Assembly (NCBI GenBank): GCA_012295275.1
Contig: CM022671.1
Location: forward strand, 2,418,001-2,482,000
Direction of reading: 5' to 3'
DNA length: 64,000 nucleotides
From: Chrysomallon squamiferum
Taxonomy: Eukaryota > Animalia > Mollusca
Each line of letters begins with the position of its first letter. The stretch's first letter is position 1. The notes below the pieces were generated by a model. It made no database searches and was not told the DNA's origin. It worked only from the letters and a program-made list of their open reading frames with translations. Shown in pieces: positions 1-13,900 of the stretch. The position numbers and the translations under genes were made by a program.

Positions 1-263
1 AATAAAATATACATTAGTATCATTTACCAAAACGTATAAAATTAAATATGGATAAAACATTTCTTATTAGAAATACATATAATAAAATCTACAAATGAAA
101 ATGTACGTAAATATCAACAAAAGTGTAAAAAACAGTTTAAATATTGAGTGTCACTAAAACGTTTCAGATATTGTATTCTTTTTTGTTTGTTTCACTGAAT
201 ATTTTATTTGTATATCATTAACTGTATTTGTAACTTCACATATGATGCCATCATCTATTTTAC

Positions 264-1767
264 CTCCTTCAAGTTTAGGAGAATTCTGCAGACGAGCCGG
301 TCTGCCGGTCCAGCCAGGATAGCAGCCTTCCATCATTTTCACAAAGACACGTTCCATCATTTTTCACAAAGTTGTTTAATAAACAGTTCTTTTACAGGAA
401 CATTTGTTACTATCGTGTCACCTGAATCGTCCATCAATGCATCCTTCCGAACATTTTGTTCCCAATTTTGTTACAAGTTCCATTTCGACATCCTAAACTG
501 CATTTCTTTTCACATCGGTCTCCAAACCATCCTTTTAACACAACCATGTAAACACTGCCCTGAATCTCGACTGCAGGAAGATTTGTTAATGTTATTGTAA
601 TTTAAAATACAATTCTCTGAACAGCGATCTGAACAGTTGTCACCAAAATACCCTTCTCTGCACTCGTGACAAATTCCTGATTGTTTCAGGCAGCAACCAT
701 ATTTGTTGCAATTGTTGCACTCGAGTTGACACTTGGGTCCGAACCAACCAGGACGACAGGAATCTAAGAATAGTGACCATGTCAGTGTTTTCAGTGATAA
801 CCATATTTTAATATTGGACATTCGCTTTCTCTCTATCTATCTATCACTGTCTGTCTTTCTCCATATCTGTCTATCTCTCTTTGTCTCTACTCCAGTGTGT
901 GTGTTTGTGTTTATAAAGTGTTTGTGCGTGTGTGTCGTCAAAGCCTCATTGCAACGGGGCTTTCATATCTTCAAAGGATAAAACTTATATCTTAAGAGAG
1001 TAACCAAAATATCTGTGTGTGTGTGTGTGTGTGTGTCTGTGTGTAATATATTTTCTTTCTTTCTCATTTACTATTCATCTCTTTTTCAAATATTAATTTT
1101 TAATAATTATATGATCACTAACATTAACTTTTAAAATTTAATAAATTTGTGGTCTACCTTCGGCAATTTTGTTTTTCCTGCCACAGTCGGTTCCAAAGTA
1201 TCCATGGCGACATTCGCATGAACCATCTCTCTGACAATCTCCTCCAAGACATCCTTCATTACACCTCAGAGAACAGTCTACGCCATACATTTTGTCTTTA
1301 CATTTTAAACAGTTGTTTTGCTTGTCACATTCTGAACAGTTTTCATTACAATTTGTACGTATGCATTGATCTCCAGTGTACCCAGTTTTACAACCATGTA
1401 TACACAATGTCCCATCGTAAGAACATTCTGAATGCAGACAACCCTCGCTACATTTTTCACGGCAGTGATTTCCCCACCAACCTTTCTTGCAGCCATCTAG
1501 ACATTCTTGTGAAAGTCGATCACACACAGGTTTCCTGCCAAAAGGCGATCCACAATTGTCTGGACATAGTTCTTTACAATTCTTGCCGGTGAAACCAGGA
1601 GAGCATTTGTAGCAAGAACCTGTGACTTTATTGCATCCATCGACATCGCAGTTTAAACATTTAAGAGTACAGTTTTCACCATACCATCCAGGTAAACAAG
1701 ATGTACATCTGCCATTGCACTGTATGCAGTTGTATGCCCAGTCATGTGGTTCGGTGAAATTTCTCTC

Positions 1768-1802
<35 letters not shown>

Positions 1803-4216
1803 ATCAAAGAGATAACTTGTATAAAGATTTTCTAACAATGACCTGTTGGTCCACAGAGGAAATAGCTCAGTGGAAGGTCATATGTCATAGGTCGACCCTC
1901 TCAATGCGCTCACTCAGCTATTTGCCATAGGTTCCCTCCCCTTGTGACAAACCGTGGTGTATCTTCTTTCACATCGATCATAATAAATGAGTAGACAACA
2001 CAGATGTCATAAGAGGTTATGATAAAAACAATAGTACATATATATGCATTTCTGTCTAACTAAATATTTATATATCTTATTATCTCACTCTCTCTGACTG
2101 TCTGTTTAACATAATTGCCGTTTATATGCACAAATACAGCGTAGAAAATGTATTAGGTAATTTCAGATTAATTCTTTATATCATCATTAAAAGAGAGGGA
2201 AAAGAAATATTTACCATTACTATTACACATTCCGCTCTGGCGATGGCACTGTTTGCATCTGCTACAACTAATATCACAGTGTTTTCCATAATATCCCGGC
2301 ATGCAGCGTAAACAGGACCCTTCACAATAGGAGCAGTGTTGTTGATGGCTTATAGCTAATAATGAAAAATTAAAAAAAAGAAACACACATCATTATATTT
2401 ATGTATGTGAATTCTTGTGTCAGAGTTGATTTTACATCAGTGCGATTAAATGAATAAACATAAAAAAAAACATTAAATCAATAAATGACAATAACAAGAA
2501 AGAAAATAAGCAGGAAAGTAAGATATAATTGTGTAACATAATGAAATGTTACGTACGCAAAGCAGCAAAACGTAATTCAGTACAACATACATGCATGCAT
2601 ACATACATATATACATACATACATATTTTAAAACACAAAGACAGACTGACAGACGGACACATAGCATTTTGCTGTTTCTTTTAAGGAAAATATAGACTGA
2701 AGTTTCCAATATAAAGCATCCTTATTTGTTTAACATTGTATTTTACAATAAATGCAACAGAAAAAGAAACAATAATTTATTATTAACTATTTCGGCAACA
2801 CTAAAACAAAACATGTCTCTTGTTTCAGGCAATAAATGTATTTTTAATTATATTAGTATGTATAAGAATGAAATAGAAATATATATTTAGGTATCAGGTG
2901 CTATAATTGAATCGCTTCATCGTTACATTAATAGTCTACCAATGGCACTTTCGAGCTTTAGCAAGTACACTATAAAACGTCCAGTCCAGACGATGAACAT
3001 TATATGGTATTAACAAACAGATTTTCAATTTCTATCAAGGATTTTTTTTTATTTATTTATTATTATTATTATCATTATTATTATTATTTTTTTTTTTTTT
3101 TTTTTTTATTATTATTCACATGTCCATATTATAATACTGACTGTATAATGCGTTTGTTGTATTGAAATAACAAAACGATAAATCTTCGGCTACAGGCGTC
3201 TTCTCTACAACAGATACAGATATCTTAACTTGATTCATTAAATGCATCTTCATTCGATCCATTAGGGCACCTAAACAGTTAACCGCGTAGAAAGTATTTT
3301 CTTTCCGTTTTTTGTCCACTGATTGTTTTGAGGGAAAAATGACTGAATATGTACTAACAACCTCGCATACTGGCTTCACAGTGGATCTTAAGACGCTAAT
3401 AAAATGTCCAGCTACATGGTTGAAATGGATGAAAACCATCAACGTTTGTCTTATTACAGCTGTAACTCTGGCTGTGCTTGTACATTCTGGTTTTGTAATT
3501 ATTTGAATGTATTAGAATGTACTTACCTTGTGAATAATACATTGATCGATGCTGCCCCCAAGAGTGACCCAACCTGCCCCAGCCAGGGGATGTTTTGAGT
3601 TAGTTTGGGTAGATGTCTTTAACCATTAATTATTCAAAAAGAGTAACAAATCAGGATATTTGTAATTGCTCCTATATAATGAAAGTTTCTTTTAAACAAC
3701 GATAGCGGTTTGTTTTCCGATTTCTATTTGAATTAGAGACTAAATTGCTAAAACGTGTCCCATTCTGTCCCGGTCTCCCTTATAAGTATCTAAGTATCTT
3801 TACTAGTCATGTTATAGGTAGGTTATCTTCCAAAATATAGTGAAATAGAAACAAATTTAAAAAAAATAAATAAGTTTTTTTTTTTTTCTTAATTATAAAG
3901 CAGACAGAATCACTTGTGATATGTCCGCACTGAAGGAAGATTTTTTCTTTTTCTGAAGTGAAAATCAACATCTACTTGTCAAACCACTGAAGTATAATGA
4001 TTATTCCGACCACAGTTCAAGGAGACAATTATAATCTTTCACGGCGTAATAATTAAATAAAAATATTGCCTAATTAAAGACAATAATTATGTGGGTTTTT
4101 TTTGATACTTTAACCTTAAACACACATACACACACAAGATTATACTTACCAACAATAACGTTTGAAACACACCAGCAAATAATACATAATATAGTCAAAT
4201 TTATCTGCATTGCCAT
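264..4216 (-). CDS. EGF-like repeat (MEGF10/SCARF-like) surface receptor 1; 3' part frameshifted in this sequence and probably continuing past the window start
   Basis: Phase-1 GT-AG exons: 4216-4150 (signal peptide MAMQINLTILCIICWCVSNVIVG), 2355-2215 (QHCSYCEGSCLRCMPGYYGKHC), 1766-1158 (203 codons of CxxGxxGxxC EGF repeats), 763-264 (EGF repeats; frame breaks below ~535). A probable hydrophobic/TM exon lies at ~195-105. Confidence 0.8.
1857..1975 (+). mobile_element. degenerate tRNA-derived SINE fragment
   Basis: Begins with an A-box-like TAGCTCAGTGG, but no cloverleaf can be folded; resembles the head of gastropod tRNA-SINEs as I recall them. Confidence 0.35.
3560..3782 (-). mobile_element. 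pogo/Tc1-mariner-like terminal fragment
   Basis: TIR-like end (revcomp TAAGGGAGACCGGGACAGAATGGGACAC) at 3755-3782 and a related subterminal repeat cccaacctgccccag at ~3568; the other end was not found. Confidence 0.3.
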
Positions 4217-5797
4217 AATAATAAATCTCGTCAATATCGAAAAGAGAAACCTATACACCGAGTTTTGGTTTCTAAATTCTAACTCATACCCGTAATTTGA
4301 CTTTCGAAACAAGACTAAATATTTCCGCGAATTAGATCATTTCTCGAGAACGGACAATATATTTTGGAAAACCCGTATGTCCTTCACGTACGATTAAACA
4401 TGTAAACGTAGATCTCATATCTTGTTACAGAACCAGCTTACTGAATACATTACCTATGTCTGTTCATAACAATTATTATAATGCTCACAAGAGCAGTCAT
4501 TGAACAGTATATACAAATACTAACTTCGTGGAAAAAGGCATTATAGGGTGAAACCATAAAATGCATTACTTACGTAGAAAAGTTTAGGATCCAGAGTTAC
4601 AACAGAACAATATTAAAACAAAGAATTTTTTTTTAATTTTTTTATAAATGTTCTATATTACACCATATTTAAAATAATAATAATAAATGAATAAAAAGAA
4701 CTTGTTAACCTTTTCAAGCAATGAAGAGGTTTTTATTTTATTATTTTGTATCCAAAATAGAGATCAACAGGAAGAAAAGAAAACAAACAAAACAGAACAA
4801 CAAAATTATTCATGTCGAGCGAATGATAGGAAAGTATGAGACTCAAATGCAGTCATCTCACACATTCAATTTTAACTTTTTATTTAAGGGTTTTGTTTGT
4901 TTTTTTTAAAAGAATAAACAATTAAAAATTTGGATGTTGGGAACATTTCTCAAGTCAAACGAGATTGCTAAATATGTTGTTTGTAGTTTTTTCTCCATTT
5001 TTTTTTTTGTTTTGTTTTGTTTTTAATCTGGTTTAAATCTTGCGCACACACTTAATATATGGAAAACTGAACTTGCTCTACAACCATAACAATGACTACG
5101 TATTTAATCTGTCAATCATTTCCATAGTGTTTAGATGTACAAAACATCAGGAGAATTTACACTTTACCATCCCCCTTAAGAAAACTGGGCATTTTAGGAC
5201 AGATGATAATCTTCCATACCAAAAATCATCTTGACTAGTAAAGCTAATTCCGGTTTTTTCCTGTCAACATCAGAACATCATTTCATTGTCTGTCTTCAAG
5301 TCAAAGCCATTGCCAAAAATATATCTATATATATTAAAACAATTTAAGAGACAAACGATATTTTCAGCATTATTTTCTGAATGCCCATTATTCTATCTAG
5401 ATGTAAGATCACACTTGATATTAATGAAACTGGGTCTAAGCAACCCAGAAATGAACTCTCAAGTCCACAGTCAATGTCACTGTTGATTAGTTTTAATTGT
5501 CAAAACATTCTTTCATTCACATGCAAACTAGAGGCAATGCCAAAGGTCTGCTGTGTATACATTAGTTAATTTTTCTCAAACTGCTTCATTTCCATGTTTT
5601 GGTTTCGCATTTCATAATATTTTTCCTTTGGTTTAATTGAGAAGCAGACTATGTTTATACATTTCAGAGCAAAAAAAGAAAAACACAAGAAAAACCCACA
5701 ATCAAAAAAAAATACTTAGAAAGATGAGATACCAAAATGTAAATAATAAAATAACTGATTTATTCTCAGTGACATTCTCATTGATTTCACATTCAGA

Positions 5798-8700
5798 TTA
5801 AAGGTATAACTTTATTAATTCATCACTGACAGCTGATGGAGTCATTACACCAAGGTCTGTAAAAAGGAGAGTGAGATACGCAGGTGGTGTATAATCAACC
5901 ATTGGATGCTCCTTAGTTAAATCTTGACAAGATTTCAGTACAGATGCTTGATACTGGAAAACAGCAATAACATAAACAAAAACATTAATAAAATAATAAA
6001 ATACTTTAGAAATAACTTTTTTTTATATAACAGTGTAAGGTCCTAGTAATTTAATAAAAATAAAAATTATAATAATTTTATTAAATGTAGTAAATATATA
6101 ATGAATGCAATGAAAATGATTTCACTCTTGTGAACCAAATAACTCAATATAAAAAGATTATTTATCATTTCACAAATATAATAAGTGAATTCTAGCAATA
6201 CAAAAATAAATAAAATAATGAAATATAGACAAATCAAACAGAGAGATAGATAGATTACAGAAATATATAATTAAAATGAATAAAAGGGGGAAAAGTAGGG
6301 TAATGAAAAAAATGAAACCAAATAAACAAAGAAAAAAGAAAATAAATTATTTTAAAAAGTGATAAAAATATGAATCTATTTCATGTTACCTTAAACTGAT
6401 TTGGAATATCCTGCTGATTCAGAGGATAGAGTCGAACAAACTTAAAACTTTCAGCAACTACGTACACTGGTTTATTCATAGCTTTAGCTGATATGGCCAT
6501 TGTGTATGTTCCTATCTGTACAGAAACAATAACAGAAGCATTAAAGTGTACCTCACATGATATAAACAAATGCTGATAACTATTTTTCACACACCTACAT
6601 GAATATTTGATTTGTTTCTTGTCACAAGTCTGTATTAATAATACATTATTATAGTAAAATAATAACCTTCCACACATGAACTGACATTTTTCTCTTCTCC
6701 CCTTGCCATTTTCCAACAGTTTACTCAGGCAATCAGATTTTTAACATATTTCTATTTATGTAAATCTCAGTCCTGTTACATCTTCATAAACCTGTTACTT
6801 TACTGTTATCTTGTCTTGCTAGCCAGAACTGACTGTCAGAAGAACTTGGAAATATACAAAATATCATCATCATCATCTTCAACATTATTATTACATCATT
6901 ATGGTCAACACTTATGATGGACACAAAATAAATGTTAACTAGATACCTTATTTATAATTCCTCCACTTTCTACTACTCCTTCTGCACCTACCAAAACAAG
7001 GTCCACTTTTTCCATTACATACCTAAATAAGCATAACAAAAATATTTGAAGCAAGATTCTACAAGACTATATTTCAAATAATTGATACAAGAATGCAAAA
7101 TTATTTAAACACAAAAATATATATTCAGAAGAAAAAAAAAGAAAAATCAGAAAAAGATATAATAAACTTTAAAAGCCAGAACTGATTAAATAGATTACCA
7201 TTATGATTATGAAAATTTAATATAGCCATATACACAGAAATAGAGAGCCAGATAAACAGACAGAGATGGGGAGGGAGATAAAAATGTGGGTATTTGTCAA
7301 GTAAGGAAATAATGATTGTTAGAAAGAATTCATTTTTGAAATCAACTTACCCTACTGCAGAATCCAAAACAACAGTCGTGGGAATACCAAGAGCAGATAA
7401 CTCTTTGTATGTCTGACACCTGAAAAACCATAAATGCACCTGCTATTTTCATTTAAACTGAATAATTTTCACTTGTTTTGTTCTTGTTTTTCCTGCTTTG
7501 CCGAAAAAGTTAATCCTTCTAAAATTCATTTTGTCATGTGTGTTGTTTTTTTTAAATTTTATTTTGTCATAGTGTCATCATACATTTTCAGAACCTTACT
7601 GTATTTTATTAATAACAAAAACTGTAACAAGTATTAAATAATACAATGATCTGGATATATATGAAATACATTTAGAATATTATTCTGTGTAACATCAAGG
7701 CTGATGTTAACAACCAATATCCAGTGTTTTCTTTAAGCCTAGGTTTCATTATCTATTTCAACAATAATTCATTTTCTTTTCTTTTTTAAACAGAAAGGCA
7801 AAATGAGAATGAAACAGGTTTTGTAAGTATATTTGAGAATATGTTTTAAAAAATAAAATAAAATTATAATACATGAAAAAAGAAAATATTTTGAGTAAGA
7901 TGTAGGTAAATTTACATAATGATATAAATAAAAGATAATATTAAACAGACGAATGTTGGTTTTAAATATTTTTACCCTGATTTGTCAGGAAGAGATTCTG
8001 TGACATAAACTTTAAATCTTTTCTTGGCTTCTGCAGCCTCCTTTAATATTTGAAGTACAACTCTTGATCGTGAATGTGTTAGTACCGTCTACAAACAAGA
8101 TAATTATAATAGAACATTATTATTAATAATTATGAAAATGACTGTGATAATAATAATTGAAAGTACTAGAAGTTATAATAAATTCAGTAATTTACAACAA
8201 TAATAAAAGTTACCATGCCACAACAAAAAATTCACAACTAACTAATTATTAACCTTAACTAAGTGTATTGACGAAAGATCTTAAGGGCCAGTATAGATAA
8301 AAACTGGATAACAACAGATCGAAAAAAGGGACAACATATGTTTATAGATATGTGTATGTGTGTATAATATGTATGAATGTGCGTGTGTGATGAGGATTTC
8401 AGAAAATGATTTTATAAAGGTTGCAGGTCTAGAAGGATCTTTGAATAATTTATATCTGGCTAGTACAGACTATTTTCCATTAAATAAATTCATGGACACT
8501 ATATTATCAATTGTAATCTTTTGTGTGTCTTTGAATGCAGTTAAAAGGAATTTTGGATATTAGAACTTTTAAATTTAAGCCTGAGTTACATTTATATTGA
8601 TATTTAAGGCCTGAATATAATTTATGATTACAAGCAAGGGGGAGACAACTTACTGCTCCATCTGTAATAAATGGATGAGCTAATCTGGCAATCTTCTGAC

Positions 8701-9381
8701 GGGAACTTGCAACTTTTTGAAGAAATAAATTCCCTCGCTGTACCAGAATTTTTTGACATTCTTGAAAATCCTAAAACAGAAATCACTGTAATTAAATAAA
8801 GAGGTCTCTAAAATAAATATAAATTATTATGTTTGTGTAGGTGTGTGTGTTTGTGTTTGTGTGTGATTATGAATATTAGACAACTATAAAAACTTGTTAA
8901 AAGGCATAATAAATAAATGTATGTTACAGTTAACTTACAGTAAACTAGAACAAAATTAATAATTTCAAAATTAATGGATCAGTTTATTATGTCTTCTTTC
9001 AACAGGACAGAGATAAAACAGAGGAACATTTAAATATTAATGCTACTGTGTCTCAAACCTAACACAGACTGCAGATCTCTCATCCAAAACCTAAATGTTT
9101 TCTGAGCTTCTGAGACAGTGATTCATTATAAATTATATTATTTTAGCCTCTGAAATTAAGGTTTTAGTCTTGGTCCTTAATGTGTAGATCTTATTGGAAG
9201 GCTTGTTTGATAGAATCAATACTTACTGAATGCTGAAGATTTGCCAGTGTGATAAATCTTAAGAAGAGTTCACATCCAGATGAAATTGATGTGACACTGC
9301 TTTCTGTTTGACTCAGGGTATTTATAGCATCCTTCAGTCGAGCTCTCATCTCAGCTAATGTCTCCACTGTATAATAAAAAT

Positions 9382-9416
<35 letters not shown>

Positions 9417-10709
9417 TAATAGTAGTTGTTACTGCTTTTTCAAAATCTGGTACAAACTCATATTAATAATATTTAATGAATTTACTTATTAAAATAGCAA
9501 ACTGAAGGCAAGGACAAATTGTTTTGCACACAAGTGCACCTTTCTATATTGAAAACAATTACCTTTATTTGCTTCAATAAATTTGAGAAGAGTTTTAATG
9601 GCAGCAACAGCAGCAGACATGTCTGGGTCATCTTTGATTAACTTGTCAAAGTAAGTCAAGATATCTGAAACACAGTTTGTCAAGTAAAAAATATTGAATT
9701 TGTTGCTTGTGTAAATAGGTGAGTCATATGTATATTTACAAGCTATTCTTTCATTTCGATATTTTCACCTGTTTTAGAAAACATTAAAAATGAAGTATAC
9801 CTATATTTGTTCGGATTCATGGAAGATATGCACAGGTGAGGTAGAAATTAACAAAAAAAGTATAATTTTGCAAAAGAAATAGACTAATATAACAACTTTG
9901 CCAATAATCTATGCTAATCTGTCCTCTAATCTAACCCTGATATTAACCCATAATTATATTATGTGCATACAGACTGCAAGATATCTATATCTTAATGATG
10001 CTATGTCAGTATGTGTCACTAGGGAAATTAATAGAGAAACGAAATATATTGGAGAATTCCAGCAAAACAGATTTTAGCCTCCAACAAAATATAGAATTTT
10101 TTTTATAACTGCCAATTTTGCCATTACTGTTGACAAAAATTATACTGATGGATTTTTTCATAATCATTAAACTGTATCTAGTACAAATACTGCTAATAAA
10201 ACTGATTATACAATTTGATTACATTAAACAGAAATAAGGACCACAGCATGATATTCTGTATTATAATACATGCGGCCAAAGTATGTATACAGCACTGCAT
10301 ACAGAGGCATCACTGCGTACTCCTCAAACAACCGAATGAACAGGAAGTAAAGAACAGATGTCAGTGTTAATGTTACTGTTACAGTGTTAGGTTTGTTTTG
10401 TGTTAAAAACATTGAGCATGTTTTATAAAAGCATTTCTTTGATTCTATAATTTTTCAACTGACAAGACATCGTAAATGACAAATAAATATTAATATATTA
10501 TATTATTTATAATAATAATTGCTGTAACTAACCTATCAGTATCAGAGTAACTATAAAGAATAAACTATAGCGCTAAGATTCTAAATTATTTTTTCCATTT
10601 CACTTCTGAAAGTTTTCGTGTTTATAATTTAATTTTATTTTCCTTCCAGTAATTTCGATACAAAATATAAAAAATTGTTTAAAATGCATGTTATACCTTC
10701 CCTATTCAT
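5798..10709 (-). CDS. EIF2B1: translation initiation factor eIF-2B subunit alpha (~303 aa)
   Basis: Nine GT-AG exons in one frame: 10709-10697, 9664-9563, 9366-9227, 8770-8654, 8088-7976, 7419-7351, 7022-6947, 6515-6390, 5953-5798. Diagnostic motifs: [101 protein letters not shown]. Confidence 0.97.
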
Positions 10710-10964
10710 GTTCAACAGTGTTTCAGTATTGTTTTTGATCCGAATAAAAGAAAGTTACAGATGGTGGTTTCGTCAGGAATCAGGGTGGGAGTTATGTCCC
10801 CTATTTAGTAATTGTTACGCTGCCCATGTAGATTAAGAAATGACAAGATGCCAGTTGATAGCTTTTCGTTCCGTTTCTCTGGCAGAAGTGATTTTGCAGT
10901 AAATAAACTAGGCACAAAAATGAAGTTATTGTTACATTTCATTAAGCAGATATAACTGTTAATT
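10710..10964. promoter_or_regulatory. bidirectional promoter shared by EIF2B1 and GTF2H3
   Basis: Only 255 bp separate the divergent ATGs (10709 on -, 10965 on +). The interval is locally richer in CpG and carries GGGAGTTATGTCCCCT at ~10787-10802. Confidence 0.7.
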
Positions 10965-13900
10965 ATGGGCGGTATGCTTCAATATATATTTTTTGTTTCT
11001 TTATTTAAGTTTAACAGAAACAACTTTTTAAAATTACATTTTTAATTTTACAATTTTACTTTTACGTTTAACTTTAAGAATAAACTATTAAAGTATTGTT
11101 AACTATTACTATAACTAGTATTAGTATTCCTAATAATTAGTAGTAGTAATACTAACAGAATAATAAAATATAAAAAATTAATATTTTTCTATTCAGGGCC
11201 GTATGATCTCTTTATTAAAAATATTTATTTATTTATATATCATTTATATACTTCATGAACACAGGTGATTAATAAAAAATTAAATGTGGTGTTGTTTAAT
11301 AGTGGATGTTATTAAATATCGAATTGCTTTGTGGTTTTTTTCCATTAAATACTTGTGTGTGCAAAATATTATTTTATAGATAAAAATATCAGCAGTCTTC
11401 TTGTCATTGTCCTGGACACAAATCCTGTTTGGTGGGGAGATGATGAAAATATGGAAACTGGAAAGGTATAAAATAAAATTATATATATACATATATAAAG
11501 TAAGAAATGTGTTTATAAAATAAAAAAGAAGGTGAAAGGTAACTATCAATGATATTAACTTCATGAATATTAATTTTGTATTCTGTAATTTCTGTTTGAG
11601 GTGTATTTTAATTTTTTTTAGTAAAAGTAGACATGTATATCCAAAACAACAACACTATAAACATATTGTAAAATTTACATGCACACATGTACATTGTATT
11701 ATAATTAATATACCTTCTAATATTATGTAATATATGTAGCTTTTGTATTGTTTTTGCAGATTAGTCTTTCAAAGTGCATGGATGCTGTCATGGTATTTGC
11801 AAATTCTCACCTTATGCTCAGTCATGAAAATAAACTTGCTGTGATAGCAGCACACACCAATCAGAGGTGAGTTTACACTAACAAACAAGTAAATAATCTA
11901 ATCCATGATTAAAGGAACAGATAATTTATTATTGTATAAATATGACTTTGGAACAACGATCTGGTATTTATTTTGTTCAGTGGTATTAACTATTAAAGGC
12001 TGGTTATTTCTAAATACTTAGAAAATAAGTGTACAAATATGAGCTTGTTTATATATATTCCATGTAAACTTTTTTGTATTTATAATCAAATAAGACCTTT
12101 TCTGTATCCAGATTTTATTATTTGCTTTATAATTCAACAAAGAAAACCATTCCATTATGTTTATTTTTCCATAACTGTTAAGAAATACTTATGGGCTATT
12201 GCTTTAAATTAAATTATATTTTTAGTATTTCTGTTGCTATTTTTCATGACCATGTTTTGTTTACTTTTTATTTATTATTTTACAATTATGCAACTAAATA
12301 TAAATATTGTGGTATGTTTTCTGCCTTTGGAATGCAGTCAATGTGATTGTGATATATCTAATACTCAATAGTAACATCTGATATTTACAACTGATCATTT
12401 CATTCAGATATTTTCACCTATTTTTGAAAACATTATACAAGAAGTATACTTTCATGCTGCTAAAATAATATACTATTTCAGTCAGTTCTTATATCCAAAA
12501 CATGAAACAACACACAGTGGACAAGGCAACAGTCCTGTAGATATGGCTAATGATGGAAAGTATGAGTTATTTGGTCTGGTGGATGGCTACCTTCAGTCAG
12601 AGATGAAAAAACTTGTTATTAGCAGTAAGTCTTTATTATAGTTGGATGTGTGGAGTTAACCGTTAAGCCCAGAACCATGGCATATTAATAATTATAATAT
12701 TTCTATTTTTTATTGTATCACTTTTCAGTTTTTATGGATATTCTTTCACTGTAAGAATTGAGCTATTATATAAAATTTGCAAGATGCAACTTTGTAATAT
12801 GAAAAAGAAAATCAGATAAATTAATAGATGATATCACTTTGTCTTGTTTAATTTATCCATAACTTTAACAACAGATCAAATTAAAACTAATATTAAATGA
12901 CTTTGTAACCAGAGAACACTGTATTCTGACTGACTAATTTGGTGGAAATTGTTTTCCATTAAATAAATTCATGGACACTATAATATGCAGTTGTAATTGT
13001 TTTTTTGTATGCAGTTATGAAGGATTTTGAGTTTTAGATCTTTTAAATTTATATGCATTATATTTATATTGATGTTTGAGGCCTGAATATAATTTATAAT
13101 TACAAGCAAGGGGGAGATAATGTACTGCTCCTTCTGTAATAAATTTATGAGCTAATCTAGCAATATTTTATTGTTTTATTTATTTGTATTTATAAATAAT
13201 TTAGGTTTGGATGGTGAAATCTATCCAGATTCATTGATTGCTGGAGCTATGACAATGGCATTGTGCTGTATCCTTTACACTGAAATTGTAATGTTAAATA
13301 GTGTGAATTAAGAAAATATTATTTCTTTCTTGTCATACAACCGTGCACAATTTTTTAGTACAGCTGGTTGTCAGATATAAAGAACAGAAGAAGAAAAAAT
13401 AGGTGATAACTGACACAATATAGTAAAAACTAGATTAGCAATGATGTATAATAAAACAGAAACTTGGAAGTTCACAAAATTTGTTTATTGATTTCACTGA
13501 TCTATTGTTTGAAGGATTCTAGGACAATTACCCTACAGACAACTGCCCCCCCCCATTTTTTATTCCAGTAATGATTTTAAAGCATAATGACATATATACA
13601 TGTATAAGGACAAGTTGTTTGATACTTCAAAAATAATAGACCGCATAAGAAATTAAATTCAAAGTAGCCTGTCCATAGTTCTCTAGTAAAGCTTTGTATA
13701 GCAACAGTTCATTCACAAGTACAGGTTCAACTATAACCAGGTTTACTAAGGCGCTTTTTACAAGAGTTCATTGACACTTTTCAGTTTTCACACTTTTATG
13801 TTGTGTGCTATTCCACTCAAATAGTCCAGGACGTGTTGGTTTTTCACTCTGTCTGACCTGTCAGAACAAACACAATGAAGCCTCTTGGTATTTTTGATGA

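Noticed and set aside
208-1592. Plus-strand ORFs 208-600 and 1149-1592 (also 47535-47820)
   Set aside because: Antisense shadows of the Cys-rich EGF exons on the minus strand.
1857-1935. tRNA gene
   Set aside because: Only an A-box-like start; no acceptor stem, anticodon arm or TTCGA B-box. Treated as a SINE remnant.
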